From: an uncultured Phycisphaerales bacterium
GTDB lineage: Bacteria; Planctomycetota; Phycisphaerae; Tepidisphaerales; Tepidisphaeraceae
Direction of reading: 5' to 3'
Assembly: GCA_963758525.1 (NCBI GenBank)
Contig: CAVWVQ010000001.1
Span: forward strand, 1-64,000
DNA: 64,000 nt
Below are positions 60,481 through 64,000 of the stretch, in pieces. Positions within the stretch are counted from its first letter, which is position 1. Each line of letters starts with the position of its first letter. The position numbers were made by a program, and so were the translations under genes. The notes under the pieces are model-generated. The model saw only the letters and a program-made list of their open reading frames with translations, was not told the origin of the DNA and did no database searches.

Positions 60481-61992
60481 TTGGAAGCACTGTTACGGCT
60501 GAATGCCATCACGAAAAGCTTTGGCGGCGTGCGAGCGCTCAAGGGCGTTTCGTTTGAGCTTCGCCAGGGTGAAGTGCATGCGATCGTCGGCGAAAACGGA
60601 GCGGGCAAATCGACTCTCATCAAGATTATTACGGGGGCTCACCAGCGCGATTCGGGAACCATTGAAATACGCGGTCGGAAAATAGACGCGAATGATCCCA
60701 GCGCCGCCAGGGCGATGGGCGTTGCCGTGATCTATCAACAGCCGGCCCTCTTTCCCGATCTGACGGTGGCGGAAAATATCGCCCTGCGGCTGGAGCAGGG
60801 CGGGGCGTGGCGAGTGCTCAAATGGGGTGAGCGGCGCAGCCGGGCCAAGCAATTGCTGGAGCGGGTCGGCGCCGGAATTTCGGCTGATGCGCTGGTCCGG
60901 CACCTGACCATGCCGGAGCAGCAGTTGGTCGAGATCGCCAGCGCCCTGGGCGGCGACGCGAAGATTCTCATTCTCGATGAGCCGACGGCTTCCTTGAGCG
61001 ACCGCGAGGTGGATAATCTCTTCCGGGTCATTCGTGAGCTGCGGACGCAAGGCGTCGGGATGATTTACATTTCTCACCGGCTCGACGAATTGCCGAAGAT
61101 CGCCGACCGCGTCACGGTTTTGCGCGATGGAACCTACATTGATACGCGCGCGGTCGCGGAGGTGGATCGGGCTGAAATGATCCGGCTGATGGTCGGCCGA
61201 TCGCTCGATGCGGTCTTTCCGAAAGTCGAAGTGGCACCCGGTGCGGTCGTTCTCGAGACGATCCGGGTCGGCCGGCCCGAATCGGGGGTGCAGAATGTAA
61301 GCCTGACGGTTCGCGCGGGAGAGATCCTGGGTCTTGCCGGCCTCGTCGGGGCGGGGCGGACGGAATTGGCGCGGATTCTGTTCGGCCTGACTCCGGCGAC
61401 CGAGGGGGAGATTCTTCTCAGAGGTGAGCGGATCATTATCGACAGTCCGGCGTACGCAATCGAGCGTGGGATCGCTTATGTTCCCGAGGACCGCCGCCGT
61501 CATGGTGTCATTCTGGAGATGCCCGTCGATGCAAACACAACGCTCGCGATTCTCAGTCGGATAGCCCGATTCGGGTTGATAGACGTTGGCGAAGAAAGAA
61601 GCGTGGCGTCGGATTACGTGACGCGATTCGGAATCAAAACACCCTCGCTCGACGTGCCGGTGGGCAACCTGTCGGGCGGGAATCAGCAGAAGGTTTCGCT
61701 GGCGCGCTGGCTGGCGACGAAGCCGTCAGTGATCGTGCTGGACGAGCCGACGCAGGGAGTGGACGTTGGTGCGAAAGCGGAAATCCATCGTCTGATGGGA
61801 GAACTTGCCAGGCAGGGGCTCGCCATCATCATGATCTCCTCGGAACTTCCCGAAGTGCTCGGGATGAGTGACCGCATCGCCGTCATGCATGGCGGCAGGA
61901 TTGTGGGAGTCCTCGCGCGCGGTGAGGCAACTCAGGAAAAAGTGCTCGAACTGGCGCTGGGGCATGTGCCGGGAGAAGCGACCGCCGCATGA
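60481..61992 (+). CDS. Sugar ABC transporter ATP-binding protein (RbsA/RhaT-like)
   Basis: GENGAGKST, LDEPT twice, LSGGNQQK. Confidence 0.95.
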   Translation: MEALLRLNAITKSFGGVRALKGVSFELRQGEVHAIVGENGAGKSTLIKIITGAHQRDSGTIEIRGRKIDANDPSAARAMGVAVIYQQPALFPDLTVAENIALRLEQGGAWRVLKWGERRSRAKQLLERVGAGISADALVRHLTMPEQQLVEIASALGGDAKILILDEPTASLSDREVDNLFRVIRELRTQGVGMIYISHRLDELPKIADRVTVLRDGTYIDTRAVAEVDRAEMIRLMVGRSLDAVFPKVEVAPGAVVLETIRVGRPESGVQNVSLTVRAGEILGLAGLVGAGRTELARILFGLTPATEGEILLRGERIIIDSPAYAIERGIAYVPEDRRRHGVILEMPVDANTTLAILSRIARFGLIDVGEERSVASDYVTRFGIKTPSLDVPVGNLSGGNQQKVSLARWLATKPSVIVLDEPTQGVDVGAKAEIHRLMGELARQGLAIIMISSELPEVLGMSDRIAVMHGGRIVGVLARGEATQEKVLELALGHVPGEATAA

Positions 61993-62990
61993 GCAGCATC
62001 GCCCATTCAGCCATCGGAGCGCCGCCGCCCAAAGCGTTGTCGGCGCTGGCACGATATCTCCGCGAGATATCGGTCGGTCTGGCCTACGCGGTTCTGTTGG
62101 TGATCCTTGGAATCACGCAGCCGGGATTTTTCCACGCGAAACCGGGCGAGAATCAAAGCGAATTCTTTTCGATCTGCGTCAACATGGCGCCGATCCTCAT
62201 CGCCGCAATCGGAATGACGATCGTCATTGTCGCCCGGCACATTGATATCTCCATCGGGTCGCAACTGGCGGTCTGCTCGGTGCTGGCCGGACTCACGGCC
62301 AAAGCCGGCTATCCGATGCCGGTGGTCGCGCTTGTCAGTGTGATTGCGGGGGCCCTGATGGGCATGCTCAATGGGGCGCTGGTCGCGGGATCGGGCCTGC
62401 CGAGCATTGTCGTGACGCTCGCAACGATGGTGATCTTCCGCGAATCGTTGCGTTGGCTGCGCCAGGGCCAGTTCGTCAGCGATCTGCCAGACGGATTCCA
62501 GTGGTTCGGATTGTCGCAGACCGCCGGGCAGTTCCTGCTGCTGGGCGTCGCGGCTGCGGTTCTCCTGCTGTTCGGCTTTGCCCTGCGATGGACGGCCGCG
62601 GGACGCACCATCTATGCCGTCGGATCTGACCTTGAAGCAGCGCGCCTGGCGGGTATTCGGCCGCGCCGGGTGATCTTCCTGGTCTTCATGCTGATGGGCG
62701 GACTCGTCGGGCTTGCCGCACTCCTCAGCGCCGTGCGTTCTCCCGACGTCGATCCAAGCGTCGGCACCGGATGGGAGCTGACGGTGATTGCGGCGGTCGT
62801 GGTCGGCGGAGCCGCCATCTCCGGCGGCCGCGGAACCCTGGCGGGAACTTTGATCGGGGTGGCTCTCCTGGCGACCGTCGGCCCGGCGCTGGAATTTCTC
62901 GGCGTCCCGTCGCAATGGGAGAAGGCTGTCCGCGGGTTGATCATCCTCATCGCCGTCGCGTCCGACGGCATCTTCCGGAGGTCGGACTAA
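61989..62990 (+). CDS. Sugar ABC transporter permease
   Basis: HIDISIGS, GRTIYAVGS...AARLAGI, IAAVVVGG. Confidence 0.93.
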   Translation: MSSIAHSAIGAPPPKALSALARYLREISVGLAYAVLLVILGITQPGFFHAKPGENQSEFFSICVNMAPILIAAIGMTIVIVARHIDISIGSQLAVCSVLAGLTAKAGYPMPVVALVSVIAGALMGMLNGALVAGSGLPSIVVTLATMVIFRESLRWLRQGQFVSDLPDGFQWFGLSQTAGQFLLLGVAAAVLLLFGFALRWTAAGRTIYAVGSDLEAARLAGIRPRRVIFLVFMLMGGLVGLAALLSAVRSPDVDPSVGTGWELTVIAAVVVGGAAISGGRGTLAGTLIGVALLATVGPALEFLGVPSQWEKAVRGLIILIAVASDGIFRRSD

Positions 62991-62993
62991 CCC

Positions 62994-64000
62994 ATGTCGA
63001 TTTCCGCCCCAGCGCCATCGAGCCTCCCCGCGCCGCAACCCGCGCTGCGATCTGCGTCGCGGCCGCGCCTGCTCAAGCCGCAGCAATTGGTCCTCGCGCT
63101 GCTTCTCGCCGGCGAGGTTGTGGCCTTTGCGACCACCGGTAGCAACTTTCTCTCCTGGAACAATCTCTTTGAGATCACGCGCAACAGCGTCGAACTGGGG
63201 CTCCTCGCGCTGGCGATGACGCCGGTCATTATCACCGGCGGGATCGATCTTTCCGTCGGCTCATTGATGTCGCTCTCCGCGGTGCTGCTGGGCAAAATGT
63301 GGCACGATGCGGGAGTGCCGATCTGGCCGGCGGTTGGATTGACGCTGGTGTTCGCAACGTTCGCCGGCGGCCTCAATGCGATGCTGATCACACGACTGCG
63401 CATTCCACCATTGATCGTCACGCTCGGAACCTATTCGCTGTTCAGCGGATTAGCCGAGGGCGTGGCGCACGGCCGGGACAATCCGTCCAACTTTCCCGCG
63501 CCCTTCGTTTCCCTGGGCAACGGGTACATCGGTCCGGTTCCCGTGCAGGTGATTCTGCTGCTGCTCGGCATCGCCTTCTTCGGCGTCCTCGTGCATCGCG
63601 CCGCCATCGGCCGGGCAATTTCCGCGATCGGTTTCTCTCCCGAAGGAGCGCGGTATGCGGGAATCGCGGTTGAGCGAAAAGTCGCTCTCACCTATGTGCT
63701 GGCCGGCCTGTGCGCGGGGTTGGCGGCGATCGTTGCCGTCGCCCGCGTCAACACGGCAAAGGCCGACACCGGGGCGGGCTACGAGCTGTGGGCGATTACC
63801 GCCGTCGTGCTCGGCGGAACGTCGATCTTCGGCGGCCGCGGCAACGTTGTCGGGACCGTCATGGGGCTCTTTGCCATTGTCATTTTGCAGAACGGTCTGA
63901 GAATGGCGGACCGTCCCACCTGGCTGACGAGCCATCTGGGAGGTGAGCTGGCGGGAATCCTCACCGGCCTTCTGCTGCTGTTTTCCATTGGTCTGGATTG
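62994..64000 (+). CDS. Sugar ABC transporter permease (runs off the window end)
   Basis: GGIDLSVGS, PPLIVTLGT, ARYAGI, ITAVVLGGTSIFGG. Confidence 0.9.
   Translation, partial: MSISAPAPSSLPAPQPALRSASRPRLLKPQQLVLALLLAGEVVAFATTGSNFLSWNNLFEITRNSVELGLLALAMTPVIITGGIDLSVGSLMSLSAVLLGKMWHDAGVPIWPAVGLTLVFATFAGGLNAMLITRLRIPPLIVTLGTYSLFSGLAEGVAHGRDNPSNFPAPFVSLGNGYIGPVPVQVILLLLGIAFFGVLVHRAAIGRAISAIGFSPEGARYAGIAVERKVALTYVLAGLCAGLAAIVAVARVNTAKADTGAGYELWAITAVVLGGTSIFGGRGNVVGTVMGLFAIVILQNGLRMADRPTWLTSHLGGELAGILTGLLLLFSIGLD

Overview
GC-rich bacterial chromosome segment, probably Planctomycetota/Phycisphaerae (inferred from a PEP-CTERM protein, 'ATQP/PTTQP'-type linkers and REP-like repeat types). About 1-45 kb is core and accessory chromosome: hemolysin III, Ca2+/H+ exchanger, AmmeMemoRadiSam radical SAM, argD, tandem AIM24 genes, a c-di-GMP / hybrid kinase / TonB-receptor signalling cluster, FNT transporter, LigD+Ku NHEJ, ffh and a GH13 enzyme. 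This part also holds several REP/MITE families. Positions 45413-60348 are a 14.8-kb integrated element at tRNA-Cys, bounded by 142-bp direct repeats that duplicate the tRNA promoter, leader and 5' end rather than its 3' end. It looks like a phage satellite: tyrosine integrase, AlpA, helicase with an iteron origin, lambda-like cosQ/cosN and a Nu1-like small terminase. It unusually also encodes an S49 prohead protease/scaffold, a tape-measure-like protein, a Bet-like recombinase, a ParB-TopoVI-A/Spo11-like fusion and a candidate pseudoknotted ncRNA. No capsid, portal, large terminase or tail-tube gene is recognisable. A sugar ABC transporter follows the tRNA. About 15 genes carry single-base frameshifts, most likely long-read indel errors. 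All calls are from motif recognition by eye; no searches were run.
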